Positions 15,519 to 27,477 of a DNA stretch of 64,000 nucleotides are shown piece after piece. The stretch is taken from NCBI RefSeq assembly GCF_003018255.1, contig NZ_CP027440.1, one strand, 5' to 3'. Numbering within the stretch: the first letter of the stretch is position 1; each line of letters begins with the position of its first letter. The stretch comes from Escherichia coli (GTDB lineage: Bacteria > Pseudomonadota > Gammaproteobacteria > Enterobacterales > Enterobacteriaceae). The notes beneath the pieces were generated by a model, which worked only from the letters and a program-made list of their open reading frames with translations, was not told where the DNA came from and ran no database searches. Made by a program: the position numbers and the translations under genes.

Positions 15519-16072
15519 CAGCGGCCTCCTGGAGACAGCGGATTTGCCAGCCAGTCACCGTAGGCTCTGGCGTGACTCGCCAGCTCCTGTGCGCTTTGCC
15601 GTCTCGCCCAGTAAATAATGATGGGACTCAACCAATGCATCCGGCACATGCCCGCCGCTAGTTCAAAGGGGCGCAGAACATCGCTCATCGGGTAGCGATT
15701 CAAGGCGTCATAACGGTAAGCACTTTCCGGCTCGCCGGTGGTAATCACGCTACGCCAGTACTTTCCCGCCAGTTGGTTTCCTCCCGGCCCGCTGGCAAAA
15801 CCACGGCTTAATACCCGGTCCAGCCACTCTTTCAGTAGCGCCGGGCAGCTATAGGTATAAAGAGGATGCTGAAAGACAATCACCTCGTGCTCGCGCAGTA
15901 ATGCCTGCTCACGGGGGATATCAATAAAAAAATCCGGATAGTGCGCATAAAGGTCGTGCACGGTAACATTGCTGAGCTGCGTGGCCGGTTTAAGCAGTAC
16001 CCGGTTTGCCACCGAGTCCTGAGATTCCGGATGGGCATACAGCAGCAAAACTTTCGCTGGCTGAGACATCAT
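15518..16072 (-). CDS. kefG: KefB ancillary flavodoxin-like quinone-oxidoreductase-family protein
   Basis: 184-aa [27 protein letters not shown]... Confidence 0.9.
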
Positions 16073-16199
16073 CCCCCTCCCGGTATGGTTTTTGTGTATA
16101 GTCGCTGTTTTGGGCTACCATTGCGCCCGGTGCGGCAGCTCGCCCATACATTACATTATCATAATGATAAGTTAACATAGTCTGAACATACGGCGCCTT

Positions 16200-18113
16200 A
16201 TGATTGTTTTCTCCTCGTTACAAATTCGTCGCGGCGTGCGCGTCCTGCTGGATAATGCCACCGCCACCATCAACCCCGGGCAGAAAGTCGGCCTGGTGGG
16301 TAAAAACGGCTGTGGTAAATCTACCCTGCTGGCATTGCTGAAAAATGAAATCAGCGCCGACGGCGGCAGCTACACCTTTCCGGGAAGCTGGCAACTGGCG
16401 TGGGTGAATCAGGAAACACCAGCGCTACCGCAAGCGGCGCTGGAATATGTCATTGACGGCGACCGTGAATATCGTCAACTGGAAGCGCAGCTACACGACG
16501 CCAACGAACGTAACGACGGGCACGCCATCGCCACTATTCATGGCAAGCTGGATGCTATCGACGCATGGAGTATTCGCTCCCGTGCCGCCAGCCTGCTGCA
16601 CGGCCTCGGTTTCAGCAATGAACAACTGGAGCGCCCGGTAAGTGATTTCTCCGGTGGCTGGCGTATGCGTCTTAACCTTGCCCAGGCGCTGATTTGCCGT
16701 TCAGACTTGCTGCTGCTCGATGAACCGACTAACCACCTCGATCTCGATGCCGTTATCTGGCTGGAAAAATGGCTGAAGAGCTATCAGGGCACGCTGATCC
16801 TGATCTCTCACGACCGCGACTTCCTCGATCCGATCGTTGATAAAATTATTCATATCGAACAACAAAGCATGTTCGAGTACACCGGCAACTACAGTTCGTT
16901 TGAAGTACAGCGCGCCACCCGTCTGGCGCAGCAACAAGCGATGTATGAAAGCCAGCAGGAACGCGTGGCGCATCTGCAAAGTTATATCGACCGTTTCCGT
17001 GCCAAAGCCACCAAAGCGAAGCAGGCCCAGAGCCGTATTAAGATGCTGGAGCGTATGGAGCTGATTGCCCCGGCGCACGTCGACAACCCGTTCCGCTTTA
17101 GCTTCCGCGCGCCGGAAAGCCTGCCTAATCCGTTATTAAAGATGGAAAAAGTCAGCGCAGGCTATGGTGATCGCATTATTCTCGACTCGATTAAACTGAA
17201 TCTGGTCCCCGGCTCGCGCATTGGTCTGCTAGGCCGTAACGGCGCGGGTAAATCGACATTAATCAAACTGTTAGCCGGCGAACTTGCGCCAGTCAGCGGT
17301 GAAATTGGTCTGGCGAAAGGGATCAAGCTCGGCTACTTCGCCCAGCATCAACTGGAATACCTGCGCGCCGACGAATCGCCTATTCAACATCTGGCACGTT
17401 TAGCGCCGCAGGAGCTGGAGCAAAAACTGCGTGACTACCTCGGCGGCTTTGGTTTCCAGGGCGATAAAGTAACCGAAGAAACACGCCGCTTCTCCGGTGG
17501 GGAAAAAGCCCGCCTGGTGCTGGCATTAATTGTCTGGCAGCGTCCGAATCTGCTGCTGCTCGACGAACCGACCAACCACCTTGACCTCGACATGCGTCAG
17601 GCACTCACCGAAGCATTAATCGAGTTCGAAGGTGCGCTGGTTGTCGTCTCGCACGACCGTCATTTGCTGCGTTCCACCACTGACGATCTCTACCTGGTTC
17701 ACGATCGTAAAGTCGAACCGTTCGACGGCGATCTGGAAGATTATCAACAGTGGTTGAGCGACGTACAAAAGCAGGAAAACCAGACCGACGAAGCGCCAAA
17801 AGAGAACGCGAACAGCGCCCAGGCACGTAAAGATCAGAAGCGTCGGGAAGCGGAGCTGCGTGCGCAAACCCAGCCACTGCGTAAAGAGATTGCCCGTCTG
17901 GAAAAAGAGATGGAGAAGCTGAACGCGCAACTGGCGCAGGCGGAAGAGAAACTCGGCGACAGCGAACTGTATGACCAGAGCCGTAAAGCGGAGTTGACCG
18001 CCTGCCTGCAACAGCAAGCCAGCGCCAAATCCGGCCTGGAAGAGTGCGAAATGGCGTGGCTGGAAGCCCAGGAGCAGCTTGAGCAGATGCTGCTGGAAGG
18101 GCAAAGCAACTGA
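16200..18113 (+). CDS. yheS: ABC-F family ATPase (two ABC domains, no TMD)
   Basis: 637-aa with two Walker A motifs (GKNGCGKST, GRNGAGKST) and two LSGG signatures plus charged coiled-coil tail. Confidence 0.95.
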   Translation: MIVFSSLQIRRGVRVLLDNATATINPGQKVGLVGKNGCGKSTLLALLKNEISADGGSYTFPGSWQLAWVNQETPALPQAALEYVIDGDREYRQLEAQLHDANERNDGHAIATIHGKLDAIDAWSIRSRAASLLHGLGFSNEQLERPVSDFSGGWRMRLNLAQALICRSDLLLLDEPTNHLDLDAVIWLEKWLKSYQGTLILISHDRDFLDPIVDKIIHIEQQSMFEYTGNYSSFEVQRATRLAQQQAMYESQQERVAHLQSYIDRFRAKATKAKQAQSRIKMLERMELIAPAHVDNPFRFSFRAPESLPNPLLKMEKVSAGYGDRIILDSIKLNLVPGSRIGLLGRNGAGKSTLIKLLAGELAPVSGEIGLAKGIKLGYFAQHQLEYLRADESPIQHLARLAPQELEQKLRDYLGGFGFQGDKVTEETRRFSGGEKARLVLALIVWQRPNLLLLDEPTNHLDLDMRQALTEALIEFEGALVVVSHDRHLLRSTTDDLYLVHDRKVEPFDGDLEDYQQWLSDVQKQENQTDEAPKENANSAQARKDQKRREAELRAQTQPLRKEIARLEKEMEKLNAQLAQAEEKLGDSELYDQSRKAELTACLQQQASAKSGLEECEMAWLEAQEQLEQMLLEGQSN

Positions 18114-19135
18114 TGGCGCAGATAACGACGACCGATGCCAATGAATTCAGCAGCAGTGCTGAATTCACCCCTATGCGCGGCTTTAGCAATTGTCATCTAC
18201 AAACCATGCTGCCGCGTCTGTTTCGTCGCAAGGTGAAATTCACCCCGCACTGGCAGCGACTGGAGTTGCCCGACGGCGATTTTGTCGATCTCGCATGGAG
18301 TGAAGACCCTGCCCAGGCGAACCATAAACCGCGTTTAGTGGTGTTTCACGGGCTGGAGGGCAGCCTCAATAGCCCTTACGCCCACGGTCTGGTCGAGGCG
18401 GCGCAAAAACGCGGCTGGCTGGGCGTGGTGATGCATTTTCGCGGATGCAGCGGTGAACCAAACCGTATGCACCGCATTTACCATTCGGGCGAAACCGAAG
18501 ACGCCAGCTGGTTTTTACGCTGGCTGCAGCGCGAATTTGGACATGCGCCAACGGCTGCCGTCGGCTATTCGCTCGGCGGTAATATGCTCGCCTGTTTGCT
18601 GGCAAAAGAAGGTAATAACCTCCCGATTGATGCAGCGGTAATTGTCTCCGCGCCATTTATGCTGGAAGCCTGTAGTTATCATATGGAAAAGGGCTTTTCC
18701 CGCGTTTATCAGCGTTACTTGCTGAACCTGTTAAAAGCCAATGCCGCGCGCAAGCTGGCAGCCTACCCCGGAACACTGCCGATTAATCTCGCGCAGTTAA
18801 AATCGGTACGTCGCATCCGTGAATTTGACGATCTGATCACCGCCAGAATTCACGGCTACGCTGACGCTATCGACTATTATCGTCAGTGTAGCGCCATGCC
18901 GATGCTGAACCGGATCGCCAAACCGACGCTGATTATTCACGCCAAAGACGATCCGTTTATGGATCATCAGGTGATCCCGAAACCGGAAAGTCTCCCCCCG
19001 CAGGTGGAGTATCAACTGACTGAACATGGCGGTCATGTTGGCTTTATTGGCGGTACATTACTTCATCCGCAAATGTGGCTGGAGTCACGCATTCCTGACT
19101 GGTTAACAACGTATCTGGAGGCGAAATCATGTTGA
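18113..19135 (+). CDS. yheT: Alpha/beta-hydrolase-fold protein
   Basis: 340-aa with GYSLGGN nucleophile elbow; start overlaps yheS stop. Confidence 0.9.
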   Translation: MAQITTTDANEFSSSAEFTPMRGFSNCHLQTMLPRLFRRKVKFTPHWQRLELPDGDFVDLAWSEDPAQANHKPRLVVFHGLEGSLNSPYAHGLVEAAQKRGWLGVVMHFRGCSGEPNRMHRIYHSGETEDASWFLRWLQREFGHAPTAAVGYSLGGNMLACLLAKEGNNLPIDAAVIVSAPFMLEACSYHMEKGFSRVYQRYLLNLLKANAARKLAAYPGTLPINLAQLKSVRRIREFDDLITARIHGYADAIDYYRQCSAMPMLNRIAKPTLIIHAKDDPFMDHQVIPKPESLPPQVEYQLTEHGGHVGFIGGTLLHPQMWLESRIPDWLTTYLEAKSC

Positions 19136-19347
19136 TTCCGTGGCAAGACCTCTCCCCCGAAACGCTGGAAAATTTAATTGAAAGCTTTGTGTTACGTGAA
19201 GGCACCGATTATGGTGAACATGAGCGTACACTTGAACAGAAAGTCGCCGACGTCAAACGCCAGCTACAGTGCGGAGAAGCGGTGCTGGTATGGTCGGAGC
19301 TGCACGAAACGGTCAATATCATGCCGCGCGGTCAGTTTCGCGAATAA
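19129..19347 (+). CDS. yheU: UPF0270 small protein YheU
   Basis: 72-aa [30 protein letters not shown]...; overlaps yheT 3' end by 7 nt. Confidence 0.85.
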   Translation: MLIPWQDLSPETLENLIESFVLREGTDYGEHERTLEQKVADVKRQLQCGEAVLVWSELHETVNIMPRGQFRE

Positions 19348-19400
19348 CCTGCAACCGTCGGCGGACGAGATAATAATGATAGCTAAGTCATGGAGTTACT

Positions 19401-20270
19401 ATGTCTGCCAAACATCCGGTCATTGCGGTAACAGGATCCAGCGGCGCGGGGACCACCACCACCAGCCTCGCGTTTCGTAAAATATTCGCGCAGTTAAATC
19501 TGCATGCAGCCGAGGTGGAAGGCGATAGTTTTCACCGTTACACCCGCCCGGAAATGGACATGGCGATCCGCAAAGCGCGCGACGCCGGGCGGCATATCAG
19601 CTACTTCGGCCCCGAAGCGAACGACTTTGGCCTGCTGGAACAAACCTTCATTGAATATGGTCAGAGCGGCAAAGGGAAATCTCGCAAATATCTGCATACG
19701 TACGACGAAGCCGTACCGTGGAATCAGGTGCCGGGAACATTCACCCCATGGCAACCTTTACCGGAACCCACTGATGTACTGTTTTATGAAGGGCTACACG
19801 GCGGCGTAGTCACGCCACAGCATAACGTTGCGCAGCATGTGGACTTACTGGTCGGCGTGGTGCCTATCGTTAACCTTGAGTGGATTCAAAAACTGATCCG
19901 CGACACCAGCGAGCGCGGGCACTCACGAGAAGCCGTGATGGACTCGGTAGTGCGTTCAATGGAAGACTATATCAACTACATCACACCGCAGTTTTCCCGC
20001 ACCCATCTTAACTTCCAGCGCGTTCCCACCGTCGACACTTCAAACCCGTTCGCGGCAAAAGGTATCCCGTCGCTGGATGAAAGCTTTGTGGTGATCCATT
20101 TTCGTAATCTGGAAGGGATCGATTTCCCCTGGCTGCTGGCGATGTTGCAAGGCTCATTCATTTCCCACATCAATACGTTAGTGGTGCCCGGCGGCAAAAT
20201 GGGTCTGGCAATGGAATTAATTATGCTGCCGCTGGTGCAACGATTGATGGAAGGAAAGAAAATCGAGTAA
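19401..20270 (+). CDS. prkB: Phosphoribulokinase-homolog
   Basis: 289-aa with P-loop AVTGSSGAGTTT; PRK/uridine kinase family. Confidence 0.9.
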   Translation: MSAKHPVIAVTGSSGAGTTTTSLAFRKIFAQLNLHAAEVEGDSFHRYTRPEMDMAIRKARDAGRHISYFGPEANDFGLLEQTFIEYGQSGKGKSRKYLHTYDEAVPWNQVPGTFTPWQPLPEPTDVLFYEGLHGGVVTPQHNVAQHVDLLVGVVPIVNLEWIQKLIRDTSERGHSREAVMDSVVRSMEDYINYITPQFSRTHLNFQRVPTVDTSNPFAAKGIPSLDESFVVIHFRNLEGIDFPWLLAMLQGSFISHINTLVVPGGKMGLAMELIMLPLVQRLMEGKKIE

Positions 20271-20293
20271 CTTTGCTATTACGCCGGATAAAA

Positions 20294-20315
20294 TACTATC
20301 CGGCTTCACAACGGG
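20294..20315. terminator. Hairpin between convergent prkB and yhfA
   Basis: gccggata-aaatac-tatccggc inverted repeat; no clear U-tract. Confidence 0.35.
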
Positions 20316-20324
20316 ATAGTTAAA

Positions 20325-20729
20325 TCACGCGGCAACCACTTCATATGAGTGAGTAATATTCACCGCTTTTTCCAGCATCAACGCCACTGAACAATATTTC
20401 TCCGCAGAGAGATCAACCGCACGCGCAACCGCTGCGTCTTTCAGGTCGCGACCGGTGACGATAAAATGCAGATTAATGTGCGTAAACAGGCGTGGTGCCT
20501 CTTCGCGGCGTTCAGAGGTCAATTTTACTTCACAATCGACCACATCCTGACGCCCTTTTTGCAGAATAGAAACCACATCGATGGCACTGCAACCACCCGC
20601 CGCCATCAACACCATTTCCATCGGACTTGGTGCTTTATCGCCTGAGTTGCCGTCCATTAAAATCTGGTGACCAGAGGCGGATTCGCCCAGAAAAGTTAAC
20701 CCTTCGACCCACTTCACTCGCGCTTGCAT
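20325..20729 (-). CDS. yhfA: OsmC-family protein
   Basis: 134-aa MQARVKWVEGLTFLGESASGHQILMDG... Confidence 0.9.
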   Translation of the reverse strand: MQARVKWVEGLTFLGESASGHQILMDGNSGDKAPSPMEMVLMAAGGCSAIDVVSILQKGRQDVVDCEVKLTSERREEAPRLFTHINLHFIVTGRDLKDAAVARAVDLSAEKYCSVALMLEKAVNITHSYEVVAA

Positions 20730-20902
20730 TTTTGCTACTCCACTGCGTCAATTTTCCTGACAGAGTACGCGTACTAACCAAATCGCGCAACGGAAGGCGA
20801 CCTGGGTCATGCTGAAGCGAGACACCAGGAGACACAAAGCGAAAGCTATGCTAAAACAGTCAGGATGCTACAGTAATACATTGATGTACTGCATGTATGC
20901 AA

Positions 20903-20924
20903 AGGACGTCACATTACCGTGCAG
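20903..20924. promoter_or_regulatory. Candidate CRP autoregulatory site in crp leader
   Basis: aaggacgtcacattaccgtgcag contains GTCACA half-site; assignment from memory of the crp promoter, weak by sequence alone. Confidence 0.3.
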
Positions 20925-21030
20925 TACAGTTGATAGCCCCTTCCCAGGTAGCGGGAAGCATATTTCGGCAATCCAGAGACAGCGGCGTTATCTGGCTCTG
21001 GAGAAAGCTTATAACAGAGGATAACCGCGC

Positions 21031-21663
21031 ATGGTGCTTGGCAAACCGCAAACAGACCCGACTCTCGAATGGTTCTTGTCTCATTGCCACATTCATAAGT
21101 ACCCATCCAAGAGCACGCTTATTCACCAGGGTGAAAAAGCGGAAACGCTGTACTACATCGTTAAAGGCTCTGTGGCAGTGCTGATCAAAGACGAAGAGGG
21201 TAAAGAAATGATCCTCTCCTATCTGAATCAGGGTGATTTTATTGGCGAACTGGGCCTGTTTGAAGAGGGCCAGGAACGTAGCGCATGGGTACGTGCGAAA
21301 ACCGCCTGTGAAGTGGCTGAAATTTCGTACAAAAAATTTCGCCAATTGATTCAGGTAAACCCGGACATTCTGATGCGTCTGTCTGCACAGATGGCGCGTC
21401 GTCTGCAAGTCACTTCAGAGAAAGTGGGCAACCTGGCGTTCCTCGACGTGACGGGCCGCATTGCACAGACTCTGCTGAATCTGGCAAAACAACCGGATGC
21501 TATGACTCACCCGGACGGTATGCAAATCAAAATTACCCGTCAGGAAATCGGTCAGATTGTCGGCTGTTCTCGTGAAACAGTGGGGCGCATTCTGAAGATG
21601 CTGGAAGATCAGAACCTGATCTCCGCACACGGTAAAACCATCGTCGTTTACGGCACTCGTTAA
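21031..21663 (+). CDS. crp: cAMP receptor protein
   Basis: 210-aa [80 protein letters not shown]... Confidence 0.99.
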
Positions 21664-21674
21664 TCCTGTCAGAG

Positions 21675-21707
21675 TGGCGCGTTACTGAGTAGCGCGCCAT
21701 TTTGTTT
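21675..21707 (+). terminator. crp intrinsic terminator
   Basis: tggcgcg-ttactgagtag-cgcgcca followed by ttttgttt. Confidence 0.55.
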
Positions 21708-21713
21708 CCCCCG

Positions 21714-23804
21714 ATGTGGCGCAGACTGATTTATCACCCCGATATCAACTATGCACTTCGACAAACGCTGGTGCTATGTTTGCCCGTGGCCGTTGGGTTA
21801 ATGCTTGGCGAATTACGATTCGGCCTGCTCTTCTCCCTCGTTCCTGCCTGTTGCAATATTGCGGGCCTTGATACGCCTCATAAACGTTTTTTCAAACGCT
21901 TAATCATTGGTGCGTCGCTGTTTGCCACCTGTAGCTTGCTGACACAGCTACTACTGGCAAAAGATGTTCCTCTGCCCTTTTTGCTGACCGGATTAACGCT
22001 GGTACTTGGCGTCACTGCTGAGCTGGGGCCATTGCACGCAAAATTGCTTCCCGCATCGCTGCTCGCCGCCATTTTTACCCTCAGTCTGGCGGGATACATG
22101 CCGGTCTGGGAACCGTTGCTCATCTATGCGCTGGGCACTTTGTGGTACGGATTGTTTAACTGGTTTTGGTTCTGGATCTGGCGCGAACAACCGCTACGCG
22201 AGTCACTAAGTCTGCTGTACCGTGAACTGGCAGATTACTGTGAAGCCAAATACAGCCTGCTTACCCAGCACACCGACCCTGAAAAAGCGCTGCCGCCGCT
22301 GCTGGTGCGCCAGCAAAAAGCGGTCGATTTAATTACCCAGTGCTATCAGCAAATGCATATGCTTTCCGCGCAAAATAATACCGATTACAAGCGGATGCTG
22401 CGTATTTTCCAGGAGGCGCTGGATTTGCAGGAACATATTTCGGTCAGTTTGCATCAGCCGGAAGAGGTGCAAAAGCTGGTCGAGCGTAGCCATGCGGAAG
22501 AAGTTATCCGCTGGAATGCGCAAACCGTCGCCGCTCGCCTGCGCGTGCTGGCTGATGACATTCTTTACCATCGCCTGCCAACGCGTTTTACGATGGAAAA
22601 GCAAATTGGCGCACTGGAAAAAATCGCCCGCCAACACCCGGATAATCCGGTTGGGCAATTCTGCTACTGGCATTTCAGCCGCATTGCCCGCGTGCTGCGC
22701 ACCCAAAAACCGCTCTATGCCCGTGACTTACTGGCCGATAAACAGCGGCGAATGCCGTTACTTCCGGCGCTGAAAAGTTATCTGTCACTAAAGTCTCCGG
22801 CGCTACGCAATGCCGGACGACTCAGTGTGATGTTAAGCGTTGCCAGCCTGATGGGCACCGCACTGCATCTGCCGAAGTCGTACTGGATCCTGATGACGGT
22901 ATTGCTGGTGACGCAAAATGGCTATGGCGCAACCCGTCTGAGGATTGTGAATCGCTCCGTGGGAACCGTGGTCGGGTTAATCATTGCGGGCGTGGCGCTG
23001 CACTTTAAAATTCCCGAAGGTTACACCCTGACCTTGATGCTGATTACCACCCTCGCCAGCTACCTGATATTGCGCAAAAACTACGGCTGGGCGACGGTCG
23101 GTTTTACCATTACCGCAGTGTATACCCTGCAACTGTTGTGGCTGAACGGTGAGCAGTACATCCTTCCACGTCTTATCGATACCATTATTGGTTGTTTAAT
23201 TGCTTTCGGCGGTACTGTCTGGCTGTGGCCGCAGTGGCAGAGCGGGTTATTGCGTAAGAACGCCCATGACGCTTTAGAAGCCTATCAGGACGCGATTCGC
23301 TTGATTCTGAGCGAGGACCCGCAACCAACGCCACTGGCCTGGCAGCGAATGCGGGTGAATCAGGCGCATAACACTCTGTATAACTCATTGAATCAGGCGA
23401 TGCAGGAACCGGCATTCAACAGCCATTATCTGGCAGATATGAAACTGTGGGTAACGCACAGTCAGTTTATAGTTGAACATATCAATGCCATGACCACGCT
23501 GGCACGGGAACACCGGGCATTGCCACCTGAACTGGCGCAAGAATATTTACAGTCTTGTGAAATCGCCATTCAGCGTTGTCAGCAGCGACTGGAGTATGAC
23601 GAACCGGGTAGTTCTGGCGATGCCAATATCATGGATGCGCCGGAGATGCAGCCGCACGAAGGCGCGGCAGGTACGCTGGAGCAGCATTTACAGCGGGTTA
23701 TTGGTCATCTGAACACCATGCACACCATTTCGTCGATGGCATGGCGTCAGCGACCGCATCACGGGATTTGGCTGAGTCGCAAGTTGCGGGATTCGAAGGC
23801 GTAA
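21714..23804 (+). CDS. yhfK: Inner membrane protein YhfK (YccS/YhfK family)
   Basis: About 696-aa polytopic membrane protein; ATG at 21714 (MWRRLIYHPDIN...) preferred over the TTG at 21702 used by the ORF track because the crp terminator T-tract runs to about 21707. Confidence 0.85.
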   Translation: MWRRLIYHPDINYALRQTLVLCLPVAVGLMLGELRFGLLFSLVPACCNIAGLDTPHKRFFKRLIIGASLFATCSLLTQLLLAKDVPLPFLLTGLTLVLGVTAELGPLHAKLLPASLLAAIFTLSLAGYMPVWEPLLIYALGTLWYGLFNWFWFWIWREQPLRESLSLLYRELADYCEAKYSLLTQHTDPEKALPPLLVRQQKAVDLITQCYQQMHMLSAQNNTDYKRMLRIFQEALDLQEHISVSLHQPEEVQKLVERSHAEEVIRWNAQTVAARLRVLADDILYHRLPTRFTMEKQIGALEKIARQHPDNPVGQFCYWHFSRIARVLRTQKPLYARDLLADKQRRMPLLPALKSYLSLKSPALRNAGRLSVMLSVASLMGTALHLPKSYWILMTVLLVTQNGYGATRLRIVNRSVGTVVGLIIAGVALHFKIPEGYTLTLMLITTLASYLILRKNYGWATVGFTITAVYTLQLLWLNGEQYILPRLIDTIIGCLIAFGGTVWLWPQWQSGLLRKNAHDALEAYQDAIRLILSEDPQPTPLAWQRMRVNQAHNTLYNSLNQAMQEPAFNSHYLADMKLWVTHSQFIVEHINAMTTLAREHRALPPELAQEYLQSCEIAIQRCQQRLEYDEPGSSGDANIMDAPEMQPHEGAAGTLEQHLQRVIGHLNTMHTISSMAWRQRPHHGIWLSRKLRDSKA

Positions 23805-23818
23805 TGCAGGCTAAACCA

Positions 23819-23866
23819 TCGGATACAGCGTTCACGCCGCATCCGACATCTTTGGCCTGATGCGTC

Positions 23867-23869
<3 letters not shown>
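23819..23869. repeat. Degenerate REP-like palindromic element between convergent yhfK and argD
   Basis: cggatacagcgttcacgccgcatccg...gcctgatgcgtcttat resembles the REP core GCGTTCACGCCGCATCCGGC. Confidence 0.4.
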
Positions 23870-25105
<1,236 letters not shown>

Positions 25106-25120
25106 TTACGCATAAACCAA

Positions 25121-25159
25121 TGTGAAATTATAATCACAAAATATGCATAAAAAATCACT
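25121..25159. promoter_or_regulatory. Tandem ARG boxes (ArgR operator) upstream of argD
   Basis: tgtgaaattataatcaca + aaa + tatgcataaaaaatcact: two 18-bp near-palindromes separated by 3 bp, matching the ARG-box pattern TnTGAATwwwwATTCAnw at most positions. Confidence 0.55.
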
Positions 25160-25175
25160 TAATAGCAATCAGAAA

Positions 25176-25739
25176 TCAGCGATGCAGGAAATTAGCCAGC
25201 AGTTGATGTCCTTGTTCGCTGAGAATACTTTCTGGATGGAACTGCACGCCTTCCAGATCCCACTGGCGATGGCGAATCCCCATAATCTCGCGGGTTTCGC
25301 TCCAGGCCGTCACTTCAAAGCACGCTGGTAATGAGTCAGGTTCCACCACCAGCGAATGGTAGCGTGTCACGGTAAGTGGATTTGCCAGCCCCCGAAATAC
25401 GCCCACACCGTTATGTATAATCGGCGAGGTTTTGCCGTGCATGACCTTTGCGGCGCGCACAACTTTGCCGCCAAATGCCTGCGCCATTGCCTGATGACCG
25501 AGGCAGACGCCAAGAATCGGCAAGCACCCGGCATAGTTGCGAATAACGTCAAGGGAGATCCCGGCTTCATCTGGCGTACAGGGTCCGGGTGAGATGACAA
25601 TTTTTTGTGGTTTAAGGGCGTCGATATCCGCCAGCGTCAACGCATCGTTGCGCTTAACCAGCACATCCGCCCCCAGTTCACAAAAGTACTGGTAGAGGTT
25701 CCAGGTAAAAGAATCGTAGTTATCAATAAGCAGGATCAT
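25176..25739 (-). CDS. pabA: Aminodeoxychorismate synthase glutamine amidotransferase subunit
   Basis: 187-aa [26 protein letters not shown]...; class I GATase with Cys-His. Confidence 0.96.
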   Translation of the reverse strand: MILLIDNYDSFTWNLYQYFCELGADVLVKRNDALTLADIDALKPQKIVISPGPCTPDEAGISLDVIRNYAGCLPILGVCLGHQAMAQAFGGKVVRAAKVMHGKTSPIIHNGVGVFRGLANPLTVTRYHSLVVEPDSLPACFEVTAWSETREIMGIRHRQWDLEGVQFHPESILSEQGHQLLANFLHR

Positions 25740-25770
25740 GGCGGCTCCGGTACGAAAGAACCGCGCTATT

Positions 25771-26373
25771 TTACTCAGATTCCCCGGCTTCGCTTACCAC
25801 TTTGCTAAATATCATCTGCAGCGCGGTGAGATCCCCCATTGCCCCACTCTGATTTGCCTGATTCCAGGCCTCTTTTTCGATACCCTGCCAGCTCAGTTGG
25901 TAGCCCGCATGAATCGCCAGCTGCTCGAAGAAGATCCGCTGTGCCAGTCCGCTTCCCACACGGAAGGGATGCAGCACGTTGATTTCACAATAGTAATGCG
26001 CCAGCCGCTCGACGAACTTCGCTTTCTCCAGGCCAACCAGATAACCTTCTTCCTCCAGATCCTGCATCAGGGCATTGCCCTCTTTTTCGATATAAGCAAA
26101 GTGGCAGAACGGCGTATCACCCTGATAAATATCAACTTCACGCAGTTGCCCCGCCCAGTCGAAAATATCCTGATACAGCTGGCGATGGATAGTGCGCAAA
26201 TGCGGTAAACCGCGCACCAGCGGACCAAGCTCAATGGTCGCAGCACGTAGCGCCGTCATTTCGTAAGCGGCCTGTTCCAGCCGCTGTTGCTGGCGGATGT
26301 TCAGCCGGTTACGCATGATATCAAGGCCAGGATAAAGATACGGATCGCGCCCTTCGCCGAATTTATCGCTCAT
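25771..26373 (-). CDS. fic: Fic-domain protein
   Basis: 200-aa with [12 protein letters not shown] at residues 135-146; start ATG overlaps yhfG stop. Confidence 0.9.
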   Translation of the reverse strand: MSDKFGEGRDPYLYPGLDIMRNRLNIRQQQRLEQAAYEMTALRAATIELGPLVRGLPHLRTIHRQLYQDIFDWAGQLREVDIYQGDTPFCHFAYIEKEGNALMQDLEEEGYLVGLEKAKFVERLAHYYCEINVLHPFRVGSGLAQRIFFEQLAIHAGYQLSWQGIEKEAWNQANQSGAMGDLTALQMIFSKVVSEAGESE

Positions 26374-26530
26374 AGTGCCTCCTCAGCTCTTCAAGGCGCG
26401 CTAAAGCCTCTGCGGCAGTAAGAGTGACTAAAGGCATCTCGACGCCTTCAAGACGGCGACTGGCCTGGAAATTACGATTACGCTGAAGCTCCCAGAGACG
26501 GGACTTTTGCTTATCGGTGAGTTTCTTCAC
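26363..26530 (-). CDS. yhfG: Small protein YhfG (candidate Fic antitoxin-like partner)
   Basis: Absent from the ORF track: GTG start at 26528-26530, 55 codons ([55 protein letters not shown]), TAA at 26363-26365; overlaps fic start by 11 nt. Confidence 0.75.
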   Translation of the reverse strand: MKKLTDKQKSRLWELQRNRNFQASRRLEGVEMPLVTLTAAEALARLEELRRHYER

Positions 26531-26603
26531 TTGATGCCTCCCTGAACGTGTCCATTTGCCACAAGTATAAGCGGCAAATCCGGGTTACGCCGGGAGAGCA
26601 GAA

Positions 26604-26625
26604 GCGCGGGCAAGATTGCCCGCGC
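26604..26625 (-). terminator. Hairpin downstream of ppiA
   Basis: gcgcgggc-aagatt-gcccgcgc, 8-bp GC stem; flanking tract only moderately T/C-rich on minus strand. Confidence 0.4.
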
Positions 26626-26634
26626 GAGAAATCA

Positions 26635-27216
<582 letters not shown>

Positions 27217-27339
27217 TTAACAAACAGAGCAGAAAAAAAGCAAGTGAAGAGATTCTAAATAGCCTTCAAGAACAAGGCCATCCCTTTACCTAATTTTACG
27301 TATCTGAAATATATGTAACCTGACGATCACTTTTTATTC

Positions 27340-27355
27340 TGTGATCAAAATCACC
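27340..27355. promoter_or_regulatory. CRP-like site in ppiA/tsgA divergent intergenic region
   Basis: tgtga-tcaaaa-tcacc fits TGTGA-N6-TCACA at 9 of 10 positions; second copy of aaaatcacct at 27407-27416. Confidence 0.45.
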
Positions 27356-27477
27356 TCTTAAAATGCAATTTAGCAACCGATTGCAATAAAACATTTAATC
27401 AGATCACAAAATCACCTAAAATCGCCCGCTCGCGGCATAGCCCGCTATGCCATTTTATTTTTGAACGCAGGCCAATC

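Noticed and set aside
17605-18196. Cluster of minus-strand ORFs (194, 162, 120 aa) antisense to the 3' end of yheS
   Set aside because: Generated by the charged, repetitive coiled-coil coding region of yheS; Arg/Leu/Ala-rich translations without features.
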